A stretch of 64,000 nucleotides of DNA from contig OZ365113.1 in the NCBI GenBank assembly GCA_977030845.1, positions 20,212,001-20,276,000 on the forward strand, in the 5' to 3' direction. The notes below the pieces were generated by a model. The model was not told the DNA's origin. It saw only the letters and a program-made list of their open reading frames with translations, and ran no database searches. Positions within the stretch are counted from its first letter, which is position 1. Every line of letters begins with the position of its first letter. Source of the stretch: Fimbriosthenelais zetlandica (taxonomy: Eukaryota). Positions 38,801 through 50,961 of the stretch are shown here, piece after piece. Position numbers and translations under genes: made by a program.

Positions 38801-41800
38801 TGATCCCTATAAATCGTACATGTAAATCTAATATTGCTTGGTCTTAAACACTTGGACCACAAAAATCACAAATCAAGACTATTAGAAATCCAAAAATATA
38901 CCGAAAACAATGAGGCTCACCTGCTTTACAAACGCATTGGTATATGGAGTCTGATATGTTCTTGCAGCTGATGGAGTTCTCACCACAAGGGAGCAAGGCT
39001 TCACACAAGTTCATGTGTTGGCAGTGGGACCCATACCGACCGTAGGCACACTCACACACATACTTCCCATCTATACTATTACACATACCCCCAAACAAAC
39101 ATGGGTCATGATAACAAGGGTTGTAGTTCTCACACTCGTGTCCATGATATCCTGTGAGACAATCACACACATAGAATTCTTCACTGATATTCCTACAAAG
39201 AGCGTTATTTTGGCATGGGAAGCTGGCACAGGGGTTATACCGGGTGCAGTTCTTCCCAAAGTAGCCGTGAGCACATGTGCATTCATACAAGGACTCTGTT
39301 AAGTTCCTACAGCTTCCACCATTCCTACAAGGGTCCAAGAAACAGGGGTTGAAATGTTCACAGGTGTCCCCATAGTATCCCGCCACACAGTGACATTGAA
39401 AACGGGTGGCTGAGACGGTTTCACATATCGCTCCATGCTCGCAGACGTCTCTGTCCCTCGAGCATAGATCACGGAACTGGCATGATGACCCAGCGAATCC
39501 ATCTGGACACTCACACCGACCGGATCCACTGTCATTATAGAAAGTACCACCGTTACGACAGGAGCGGATGATGTGAAGAATCTCCTTGATGTAGTCCGGG
39601 TTCAGGCAGGTGGCATTGGTGCACGTATTGTTAGTACAGGTGACAGATTCCTGACAGATGCACCGGAAGCCAGGTGTCTGATCCGTCAACATACAACGAC
39701 CACCTCCACACGGGTTGCCAGAGCATGCTGCAAGAAAACAAGAAATAATCAATAAAGCAATCCCGAATGCAATCATCCAGGTCATATGATCCTGAGCATA
39801 ATGTAGATGGGCGCTGATTAGATTTTGATACACCTTTTGTAACTTCTACAAGGGATCACATTGCTCAATTTTTAGCCGTAACTGCGCATTAACTTTTGTC
39901 AAACAGGACCTTTGCAATTACACACCTACTCAATCTTCAGTAACTAGATCAATTATGTGAGTGATCTCACTCGTCTGGGCCATCATGAATGAAACGCCCG
40001 TGCAGACTAAAGTCCATACTTTTGCATCAAGGGTTTTCCGGCTCAAAGGGACTGATGTCTGATTCAAAGTCCATGTCATTGAAATATCACACGTAGCGTC
40101 GATGGCTTACGGCTATATATTTTTCCAGCTTTTGCACTGAAAATACAAATTGTTTCTTCCAAACCTGCTGCAGCAACCCACATATATTTTAGGACTAATA
40201 GACGAGTCAATCTCTATATTGCATACGTATGCTTGCCACAATTTCCTTGGGCATTTTCTGGCTTGCTGGAAATGGGATTAAAAAAGCCAAATGGACAAAC
40301 AGCCAAGAGAAAGCTAGCAGTTTGGCGTCTGTTGTGTATAAGCAATGTTCCCCTTAAGATGAAATATTCATTCAGTTCATGGCAAATGAATCTAGAAGTT
40401 CATTGCCATGCTCCCTCTGACACTCTCTCACACCAACCCTACATGTTTCTCCGACCTTGCACACATTTCATAACTGGAAAAACTTGTAGCTGAGTCAATA
40501 AAGTCCTCCCCCGAGAGTTGTTCGACATATTTAGAGCTAATTCATTTTATTGAATGCTTGTCCACAGCGTTTGCCGAAGGCTCGTGTCTGGGCTCGACCC
40601 TTGGGAGCCTCACAGGCAACAATGAGGCATTTACTGGATGCAGATGCCAGAGGAAATCGTTCATAAAATTGATTCACATTTAATAAATGAGAATATCTGA
40701 AATTAACCAAATATCTCATAGAAAGGGAAATTCATTGGTGTCACACTGATACATAATATATGATAGTGGTGGATTGACTGACTGATGAACATTATTATGC
40801 ATGCAGATGATGAGAATCTGCAATGAGGGAAATTTATGTAGTTTAATTTATAATTATTCAAGTTAAATTAGGACGGTATTATAAATGTTACACGAACCTA
40901 CTTCAAATGTAACACCCGTGATTCCCTGCAGTAAATCATGCTTCTATTTTATTCAGAAGAAGCAACCCTTTTTGGAAAACTTCTGCATAGATTATTGATT
41001 CAGGTTTTTAAAGTCCAAACCATCCTCCTTATTTGGACTCCCACCAAAGGATCTACCAAAGAAACACTTAGTCCGCCTTGCATGCCTCCATCCATTGGCC
41101 GTGTTTTTGTTCTTCAGTCTTCATTATGACACCTGCTGATAAGACAAGCGACTGAAACATCCTGATTGGGATTTACCCGCTAGTTTTTTTGACAGAAGTT
41201 CCCTCCTTGCAAACAACGCTTTCGACTGATGCAATATTGGACTTGAGGAGTCCATTCAGTTTCGCCTCCTTAAAGCAAGTTTGCCTAATCCTGATGTGAT
41301 TAGTTTGCTATGTCAGCTGGGGAAGGCCATGTGAGAAAATATTTTTCACAAATCGTAAATTTTGATGGATTAAAATTAACTAAATTTGTTAAAGTCGTGG
41401 TAAAAACGATATCAAGGAGTATTTTTACTATGGGCTGAAGTGTGGCTTTGGTAATTGAATTGATGTCTGGTATGAGGAATGCCTTGCTGGTACGGAGGAT
41501 ATAAATTAGCTTATGTAATTTAATTTTAAATGAAGTTTATGGATGAAAGCTACTTTTCTCTTTTATGACAGAATCGTCATCGGCCAAAGTAAGTTTAATT
41601 GGCCAAAGTAAGCTAATGTTACGCTAATTCTGAAAGACTAATGAGATTTGTGTGGATCCGCTGTCAGCATAGCAAACATTTTGTCATTACTGTAAAGGGA
41701 ACTGTCAATGGCATTCCATTAATGTGATTAGCCTTTCATTTCCCGAAAAATATAAATTACTAGTTATCCTATAACCAGTACTTCGTAAGATCAAAAGTGT

Positions 41801-44800
41801 ATGTCTCAGTCTCCGTACATATCATTCTAAAGGTCTATATTATGTAGCAGACTACCTCAATAACCAAATGGGATATATATGGATATCCTATATCTTAGTC
41901 TTTGCCTCAATAGGTCCTTTGGGAAGAGCTAGTGTCGCGTGATTCATAAAGACTTCAGGAAATGTTCTGAATAGCTCGAGCATAATGAGGAGAAGCTCCG
42001 TGGATGAGAGTAGAATCTACGTCTCTAGAATGGAAGGAATCACCTTTTAATCTAAAGGAAAATATACATGAAGGGCATCGCTTTCATTAACGAGCGAGAT
42101 CAAATAGAACCATGAGGTTCGGTCATATTGCTTGTCTCCCCAATGAATAGGCCTTTGACACTTTCTGATACCATTCATTTGGCGAGGTGGATATCCCCCA
42201 GATGTGAAAACATCAACAATGTTTCCAATTCAATTCTTTGAACTTGGGGAGTCGTGTCTCCACAGCTTCAGGTATTCATGTTTCCCACTGCTTCCATGCA
42301 CGCCTGGGGACAACCAGATCTTTTTTTATAAGCTCACGCTGTTAAAAATCAGAAGGGGGCATTTATTATTCATCCTTTATCCCCAGGTCGCTTAAGGCTA
42401 GGACTTTGCTTATGAGGTAATATGACCACTACATATATTTTACATATGAGCGCCTCTCAATTTATAGGTCCCAGGTTCTCTTGCTAGACAAAGTATAGGC
42501 TACCTGGAGAAGGATGGAGGGAATCCTCCGTCATATTATGTACATGCACGTATATCACTTGGTAAATGGCTGTGCAGCACATTCACCATAACAAATGAGG
42601 GCAACATCCAAGACTTGATATTTACTGCCTGTATTCGCATAGAACACAACACGTTTGGCCATTGAGCAGTTATCCTCCTGCCCACAAACTCAATTGAATA
42701 TATTTATCAGTGCCATGTGATATATTGACATGCCACAGTTTTCTATAGGCAGGCTGTCTGGCTGGCAGGTGGAAAAAGGTCCTAATCTGAATCAGAACCA
42801 TGATTACATCCAATCATATATGGGCAAAAGCTGGAAAGTAATCACCTGTCATTATACAACTTGGATCATTTTATAGCATCCATGCATAATGGCTTTCATT
42901 GATATCACTTGTTCGTCATTATTCAGAAGAGCACTGTGGGATAAATGCACATTGAAAATGGTCGGAATTTAATATTTATGATTGGTTAAAGGACAGCATC
43001 CAATTTCTTTGGAGTATTAATAGAGAAGGCTGTAAGTAATATTACGTGCTCTTGATCTGATTACAGTAATATACATAGTACAATTTGATAGGCCTGATCG
43101 TTCTTCTAAACTAGCCATTTCCGCAGCATCAAACATTATAGCAGTTTTTGTGGTAACATTATAGTTGGACTCTCTCAGTCCTTGGACATTTCAGTCCATC
43201 CATGGACTATTGATCGATCAACCTCTTGCCATTTACACTACTCACATCCCGTTTACCAAATCCCATTTTACGCCTATCAAGACGGGCCTCGGAGAGAGAC
43301 AAAATAATATAGTTTAAGGACTAGATCCATCTATATCATGCTATATTCATTTAATGGTCGCCTGCCGGTCGATGGCCAGGGGGTATATGCTTTTATTAGA
43401 TAATGATAGGATATGACACCCCTCCTCCCCCCTTTTGTTGCTGCGACAAGTACTTCGCCCAAGGAAAGCTCTTGGTTGTCTTGGTGGGAAGCCTGTCATC
43501 GCCAGTGACATGAATGGTGATGGTGGGTGGAGGGTAATATAGAAGTAGCATGATCCTACTCCTCTTACTATCAATGCCATGGCATGTCTTGTCCATTTTG
43601 ATATGGCACAGGTCAGTAGAAATGTATATGACCATTCCTACAAACTTGAAGCTATTCTATATAATTTCTCTCTTTCGCTCAGACATCATTTCACATCGTT
43701 TGATATGACAATACTGTACAATCATTGTAGTCCCATGGAAAAAAGTTCTTCTACGTCTCCTGGAACTTGATGATACAGAAGACAGAAAAAGAATATTCTG
43801 CACACTTGCAGAAAATCCAGAGAGCGATAAATCAGTTTGATATGCTAGAGATCGTGAGAAAATGTAAATTCTTCTGCCTGCTGGGGACAGATTTCATCTT
43901 GTCTAAGGACCCTAATTATTCTGTTTAAAGTAACTGGGCTAGGTCATCTTTCTTTGGATTTCTGAATGATGGATTTGGCAAAGTTGTTTTCTGATTGTTG
44001 TTTGGAGGTAGAAGGAGCAGGAGGAGGAACCTAGATTTGTACAGGCCTGTAATTATGAGATGGCTGCAGAGAGAGAGAAAGCTCCTGGGAAATAAACCAG
44101 CGTACAGGGCCCTTATTAAAGGCGCTCTCCAACGCCAGCTTTCTCAAGATTGGAGGCTGGAATGGGACTGGGAAGGGTCACAAAGATGACATCAAGCAGT
44201 AACTAATTTGCCTGAGGCATACCAGAGGAACATTAAAAGACGAAATCGTGAATTATTTACGAACAGTTGCTTGAATACAGATTCCGTACTGCAGCTCCTT
44301 AAACTTTCAAGGTCCCGGAAATTTGATTTAAGCGTCTTCTTATGCAGGATCTGACAATTATATTTCCATATGGTTCTGTTTCAATAACTTGATCTTCTGG
44401 AACTAAGTTTGAAACATGCATCAAGGCGTTTGTACCTATCAAATCAGCAATAGTACCAGCTGTATCAAGACTTTTCCATATTGTTATTACATTTAAAAAT
44501 GATTGATTTGAAATTTGAACTTACCGTCTTCTCGAGTGTAGAACCATATTTTGCTGGGTACACCTGACCTTCCTTCATGAAGTGCTCGCACCTCAGCCCA
44601 GTATTCTGCAAGTGGTTCGAGGTCAGTGAACTAAAAAGAGATACATTCAAAATAGTCAATGTGATACAATTGAAGCTGAAAATGCACATTTTCAACACCG
44701 TTATATACAGGATTTTATGTACCAGAGTTGTCAGTCTTTCACGGGGTTCTTAACATATAGCATTCACTAAGTTTGCCTCTCCATGTCTTTCTTGGAAGAA

Positions 44801-47800
44801 TCGGATGTTGCGTATACATTATTTCTAACTGATAAAACGCAGCAGCTGAATGCTTTTAGTGGTGCCACGAAATCATCGTTGGAATCCGGGGAGGAGCTGG
44901 GAGTAGTATCATGGGAGGCTCATTTTTCACACACAGGAGGACATTGATTGAATTATTCACATCCCTTTTGTGGCTGCAGGACTCTCTTATAGAAAGCAAT
45001 GACCCAAAATACCTGTATATATTCATCAGCTGTTATAGTATATGAAGAGGCTGGACGGGATTAATTCAATCGTTCGTGAATAACTGTCACCTTCTAAGTT
45101 TCCAGCTGCTCTCAGCTTCTCCATTATTCACAAGTTTTTGTTTTTCCTCCAAAGTGCGCCACTCAAATTATATGAAAGAGCAAAAGAGATTGCGTTTCTT
45201 CTACATAAAATTCAAGTTTATTGCTTCGTTGAAAAAATATTCTCAGGGACGCCTCTGTACTGCTGAAGATATTTATATTGATTTCTTATGATTTTATTAA
45301 ATGATGGCATGAGTGTGTTTTTAAAGGACAGACGATGCCTCTCATATTGTGCAATATCAAGTGTGTACCATTCCTATATGCGAGACGGAGAGCAATTCTC
45401 CCAGGTATATATAAACAGGTCCAACCAGAAGACCAAATCACATCTAAACAAATATATATTCTTCTTAGAATGGACTCGCAGGAAGTCTTGCCAAACAGGA
45501 CTGCAGAAACTTTTAACAAAATCCATTCCACGAGGGAGATGGAGAGTGGAAAAAAGTTGCAGTGAGTCAAGTTTTGCAAATTTTGTTTGTGTTTGAACTA
45601 ATACAACACCTCATCCATCCCTCAGCATGGCGCCCTTGGCTTCATTCATATGCAGCTCTGTCGGGGAAGGTCTTGAACTGCTGATCACGGGCTGGCCCGC
45701 TGCTAAAACCAGGCAAAACCTTGATTTCTCTGATTTATGGCCCCGGGACTTTACACAAGTTCCATCGCAAAATATTCACTGACACGTCATATTGACTGAG
45801 GATGAGGCAAAGGAGTATGGCACATATAATTGCATTAGCTATCTTGAAGTTTTCGGTTACAACAACGCCTGAAGGACAGACTTCCGTTCATAAAGCCATT
45901 AATGGACTTATACTGTATACTTTTCTGCCTTCAAGGAATATGTTGTTTTGTTATAAGCATAGTCTGTATGTTAAGATACTATAACTCCCCTTGCAGGACT
46001 TCAGTGCACTCCTGAAAGGTGGAGCTGACGCAATGACATTTTGACATTTCGATTGACCTTTACAATGAATCTATCAGTGTATGTCCAAGGAGAGGATCAT
46101 CCCATCAATATTCTGGCCTGGTCTGGTCCTGTGAAAAATTCCTTACTCACTTCCTTCGCTAAAACTGAGATTAACTCATCTTAGGTGTATTTTAGAACTG
46201 CCATGTGAATATGCTGTGGATGGATCCGGTATGGTTTTAGGACAAATTTGGTGGTTGCATATTCTCTAGGTCTTCCTAGATGATTAATAGATTGTCACCA
46301 AGGCTGCAGACAGGTCCCTCAACATGGAGGTCCAGTGTGATGATTAGAACACCCCCAACAATGAGTTTCACATTATGCTGTCATGAGGTAAGCTTGACTG
46401 GCACTTAATTTGCCTGGTAGTATATCATTATCAGGTTTAGGGTGGCTTTAATGTGGATATATGGCACTAACACCCCCATTTGACCCCGGGACTCCATCCC
46501 TCTACCCCATTCCCCACCAAGGCAATGCATGATGATTAATTCCTTGCGGGGATCTGCTGCTGGCAGAAGACCCTCATTGCCGTGCAAAGCTGGTCAGCTA
46601 GTCCTCAACATCCATCTGGTCAGAGGAGTGTGTCCTCACAGAGGCCTGAATGAGTCCTCACAGAGGCCTGAGTGAAGGACCTGCCATCTTACACACGCAA
46701 ATATCATCAAAATTATCATGTGCTGAATAATTTACTAATCCCCCATGGACAATAGTTTATAGAGATTAAACATTCATTGTATATGAATATTATTGTCTGT
46801 ACTATCTCAAAACTATCTGCAGACCTTCCATCAAATTGTTACTAACAAACATGTACCAATTCATGCATACCATTAATTTGGTGGAGAATCTCATTTGGTT
46901 CTGATATTAAATTATTCTGGCTCCTGTTTTCTCTTGCCTGCTACACACCTGACCCTCACATGGAAGAAAGAAGAGATTTATTGTTCATTAATTGTGGAAA
47001 TGCTACTGCAAGCACCACTCGATGCACGCCGCTATCTGCAAGTGGTCGCTGGCGAAGAGGCATCGCGAACATAGAAAAACTGTGTTTTGAAATCCCACCC
47101 GCTCTCTTCCCAGAACAGATTTTTGCTCTGCCCTGGAGTTTCAAACTGGAGTAACCTGGATGCTTCCAACATTCATGAACACTTCTGCTTCTCCTATTGC
47201 CTACTCCAGAAAGAGCATCCACGAATGACAAAGGATAGCGGTTTTGTAAAGGTCATAGTTCATGGAAATTGTTAAAAGAGAATGCAAATGGCTGGAAAAA
47301 GTTAAAGCAAGCCTGATAATGAAATTCAACTAACAATCTGGAATCTGGCAGGATTATCGCTGAATTCTTAAACCATGTTTTGGAAGATTCCGTTTCCTGT
47401 GTTTTAACAGAAAGGATAACAAAATTCAGATTTTGTCTCATTGAGACGATTTTAAGGAGGTGCACGCTGACAATGTTATTGATATAAATTATTCATACAT
47501 TCTTGATGAATACGCAGCATGAAAATAGGCCTACAACAAGGACATAGAAGACTTTATAAAAAACAATCAACTGAAAAGGCTGTAAGTCTGAAATGGAGAA
47601 TTTAATATGATATTATAAGATGGTGTATAATGTTATCTCATCCATATCTCTGATTCTCATTATGGAAATCGGCCAAATATCCATTTCCGCTTTCCCCCTG
47701 AGAAAATATGGATGAATCCAATGCTTTTTATTCACTTTGATATCACCCAGTCATGATATACTCTGAATATTCTGGATGGGTATTTTCGGTCAACGGGGAG

Positions 47801-48039
47801 AGTGATACTTCCCACTTAAGTAGGCCTATCATTTTACCATGGAAGCCACGATCTGCAGCTTACCTTTACACATGTGGCTTGATCCTTCCCTGCCTGGACA
47901 GTGTGAGAAATGACTTGGTTAGGGTCATCACTCCTGGCATAGTTCACCAAGTATTTCTGGGCGCGGATATCCTTCGGATGCAGCCAACACACCACGCATG
48001 TTGTTAACGTGGTTGCGGTGACACTGAAGTTAGTAGGAG
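21287..48039 (-). CDS. Adhesion GPCR (FN3-EGFx19-HormR-GAIN/GPS-7TM), at least ~1570 aa, 5' end not located
   Basis: Phase-consistent GT-AG exon chain in transcript order: 48039-47864, 44630-44525, 39727-38921, 38769-37489, 36478-36344, 35236-35052, 34181-34041, 32868-32786, 32258-32102, 31411-31184, 30985-30940, 30332-30235, 29863-29742, 29588-29320, 28289-28220, 24859-24700, 21946-21287 (4724 nt, open frame to TGA). Confidence 0.9.
30235..34181 (-). CDS. Adhesion GPCR GAIN domain and GPS (6 exons)
   Basis: GAIN-like segments SIKIPSEVF, QFAYFRSGKLF and IISASIG; GPS CVYW...WSSAG...CCSSHL/SHF split over exons 30985-30940 and 30332-30235. Confidence 0.85.
31077..31151. repeat. Short direct duplication (29-bp arms, 46-bp period) in an aGPCR intron
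   Basis: TCTTGTCATGTTGATG(A/G)GAATATTACTCA at 31077 and 31123. Confidence 0.85.
34545..34566 (+). repeat. Potential G-quadruplex in an aGPCR intron
   Basis: GGGGGTGGGGAGGGGATGGGGG. Confidence 0.5.
35052..35236 (-). CDS. Adhesion GPCR hormone-receptor (HormR/HRM) domain exon
   Basis: CPHEVIYSRAGTFQW...PCP...AFRKC...WSKPDISSC matches the HRM C-W-C-RxC-W-PD-C pattern. Confidence 0.85.
36344..39727 (-). CDS. Adhesion GPCR EGF array (19 repeats in 3 exons; last one calcium-binding)
   Basis: Six-Cys EGF spacing read in exons 39727-38921 and 38769-37489; exon 36478-36344 encodes DVNEC...CVNVAGSFRC (cbEGF). Confidence 0.95.
44525..48039 (-). CDS. Adhesion GPCR fibronectin type III domain (exons 48039-47864 and 44630-44525)
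   Basis: APTNFSVTATTLTTCVVCWLHP...KYLVNY / FTDLEPLAEYWAEVRALHEGRSGVPS...FYTRED has the FN3 P-x-N...W...Y...L-x-P...Y-x-x-x-V-x-A pattern. The phase 0 and phase 1 junctions join it to EGF1. Confidence 0.8.
46632..46675. repeat. 22-bp tandem duplication
   Basis: GTCCTCACAGAGGCCTGA(A/G)TGA, two copies. Confidence 0.85.
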
Positions 48040-48399
48040 CTGCAACGTGAGCAAGAAATGCATTTTAGTCACGGAAGATATTCCCTGAAATGATGTACAG
48101 AAAGTAAGACAGGAAAGTAAATGAATGTTGGTTCAAGGATATGGAAGGACATGATATACAAACGTGTCAACGTGAATGTTATCGATGACATTGGGAAGCT
48201 CTGTTCACCTAGCCTCGCTAATATTTTGTACGACAATATTAGACTTCATCCTTTCAACCTAGTCTACTTTGTTTATATCAAACAAGAGTATTACTGAAGT
48301 CCAAGGACTCAGTGTTGTTGACTTGTCTATTAAGCAACCTTCCTTCACTTGCCTCAATGCCTGAGTTGAACCAGTGCATCTTGCTAAATAACATGGTCC

Positions 48400-50050
48400 T
48401 TCTGCTGTCTCATTCCATTCCAGCCAAAGTGAAGTACAATCTTGCAGGACTAACCGTCTGGTGACACAAATAGACCTGTCCGCCCTAACAAGATGGGACA
48501 TTGCGCACGTCCTTCTTCCTGGCACAATGGAACCCTAAGTTCACGGAGCACTGCTCTTTTGTCACCCCAGGAGATTCGGTTACAATCAACTTGCCAACAA
48601 GCTCATTGCTCCTCAAAAATTGGGGCAAAGCACTTGCTTTGTCCATATGGGTTCAATCCGTCCATCAACAGATGTCAAGTACCGTGAAGGAATTGTACGA
48701 GAGGGACTGATCCCATATTGCCAATTCCAGTATTGGTAGCCGCATGCAGAGTCTGTTCAAAATGGCCGTAAAATACAGTCCAGTACCGTATTAGCAAGAT
48801 TGGTTTGTAACATATTGTCTTGTCCAACCTCCCTCAGAGACGTACATACACGTGTCCTTTGAAACTAACTATCCATAATGAGGGCTCCAACAAGGAAACC
48901 TTTGTCAGTCCCATCTATTTCCCTTCAAAGCCATGTGTTGAAAAACATTGGACTCGAAACGACTGCCATTGTCTGTTAAAATAGATGAAGTGGTTTTTGC
49001 AGATAATATTTTCTTGTTTTTGAATCGACTGTACTTCCCAAGTCACCATACTTTAGTTTTAAGTAAACAACAAGCTGGGAAGAATTAACTTCTATAGCCA
49101 AAGCTGGAGATCCCTATCTTAGCAGTCCACAGCTCCAGCCCACTGGGAGTCTGGCATCAAAGTGTCCCTCTACTGCACTTGCTAATCGAATTAATGGCCC
49201 ACCAAGTATGGTTTATACACTTCTTCTAGTTTCATCTCAGATGCAACAACGCTGTCTTGCAACTGCAACATCTCCAGTTAAAAACGGCAACTTTGGAACA
49301 TTTGTCCCAAGGTGGACATTTTGCCTCCCAGAACTCCCAGACTTTTTCAATCCGTATATGGGATCAGCTTATGGTCAGTGAGCACTTTCTGTGGCCTGGA
49401 TTTGTTAAACGCTGAATTTACATCAATTTGCCAGCCTGTTACACAGGAATTCCATTGGGAAATCATCGACCCTTTTTAAAAACCAACCTCCCAACTCAAC
49501 TGAATACCATCCCTTCTGGCTCCAAGCTCCCTACATCATTGCTTATGTGGCTATCCTCAGTGTCCTCAAACTAAGTGCACTAATCAAAAATACTTCCCTG
49601 CATCCACCCTGGAATTTAAATTTGTCACGGCCATGTCTTGGAGGAGACTATCGGGGTCAGCTCTAGTGAATGCTTGGCCACCTGCTTGATGGATGCAGTG
49701 TCTCCCACGGAGAGAGACAATGGTTTGGACCATGTCGGTTGGTGGACAGGATGGAGGACAAGGACACTCTCCATCGAGAAACTGTTTACACGACCAACTA
49801 AGCAACGCCTGGTGAAATGAATCGGCACTGCTTCCTTCTGATCCCATTCCCTCGGGGCTCCTTTTTTCCATATCTCCTCCAAACTCTCTCGAGGATTCAA
49901 GTGACAGTTTTAGCCCTGTCTCTTGTCGCATTGTGGGGTGCGGGACTTGCCACTCTGTCCCTGAGTACTCCACCCACCCTCGGGACAGTCATTTGAGCTC
50001 TATAATTCCACATATTCGGGCATTGACCCCAATCCTGGTTTCCAGTCACT
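48400..50050 (-). mobile_element. Degraded Ty3/Gypsy-like LTR retrotransposon pol remnant
   Basis: Minus-strand fragments in RT-RNaseH-integrase order: KKGAPREW connection-like (~49870-49840), RNase H-like KVLTDHK (49388-49368), PDSQWAGAVD (49154-49125), integrase ILTDNGSRFESNVF (48982-48941). Many stops and frameshifts; no LTRs found; boundaries approximate. Confidence 0.55.
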
Positions 50051-50898
50051 ATTTTCAACATGAGTGACACACAATGACATATAACCATACATTTTTATAT
50101 CCAATCCATATCTTATAATCTTAAACCCCATGTTATCAGCTGAGCTAAATTCAGCACTAAAGCTCGATCAAATCCTCATGTTATTAAAATGCAACAAGAG
50201 AGGATAATGAGGCATTGCATTAAGTTACCACCTTACTTGATACACAGAAAAATTATCAGATTGCGGCATAATGGCAATATATAATATTCAAGCCAGATTT
50301 CTCCAAAGTGTTTCCCATCCATGGTGATCATCATTTACTCTACTCTTTACATAAAAAGCCTGCTTGATAACGGCCTATTGTGGACACAGGCTGTCAGCTA
50401 TCGGGACTTTTTAGTTTAGATGCCTCTCTTTTACCATGTTAACAGCGCCTAATATCCTCGTCTTTAACAAGCAAATTGATCTTCTTACGGCAGGTAATCA
50501 TCTTAATCCTCAAAGCTTTTTTTAATTGTATCCTCGATTAGTGTTAAAGCATCCTGTTTAAAAAGTAATTGTTCCGCTCTGGACTTAATGCTCCACCGCC
50601 GAAAAAGTGAGCTACGAGTGACAACTCTAAAGTATGGTCTTAGTGTATTACGGCGGTAAAGCTGATAGATTCAATGCCGGGCTCAGTCCCTGTCATATTA
50701 CCAGTTGCTTCATGACCCAAACAAAGATTTGATGATATTTTTGATGGTGTAGGTTAGAATAAGCAATTTGATCATTAGTAGTCTGACTGCACTTTGGATT
50801 AGCACAATGAATTTTAATGTCATTTTTCTGATCCAGGAATTATCTTTGTCCATAAAGTCTATAGATTCTTGAAGGTGCAAATCTTAATGTGAGTACTG

Positions 50899-50961
50899 CA
50901 GGAGCCCGTTTCAAAAGGAATATTATCTATGGCTAATATTCGTTTTGAAACATGGTTCCTG
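50899..50961 (-). mobile_element. MITE-like element copy A (internally deleted, inverted relative to B and C)
   Basis: TIRs CAGGAGCCCGTTTCAAAA...TTTTGAAACATGGTTCCTG; the internal TCTATGGCTAAT is the reverse complement of the core in copies B and C. Confidence 0.65.

Noticed and set aside
37868-39302. Long antisense/alternative ORFs over the EGF exons (37868-38527, 38383-38862, 39015-39302)
   Set aside because: Explained by the repetitive Cys/Gly-rich sense frame; no domain motifs of their own.
45666-45750. ITGWP motif resembling Gypsy pol
   Set aside because: Single short motif with no neighbouring retroelement motifs.
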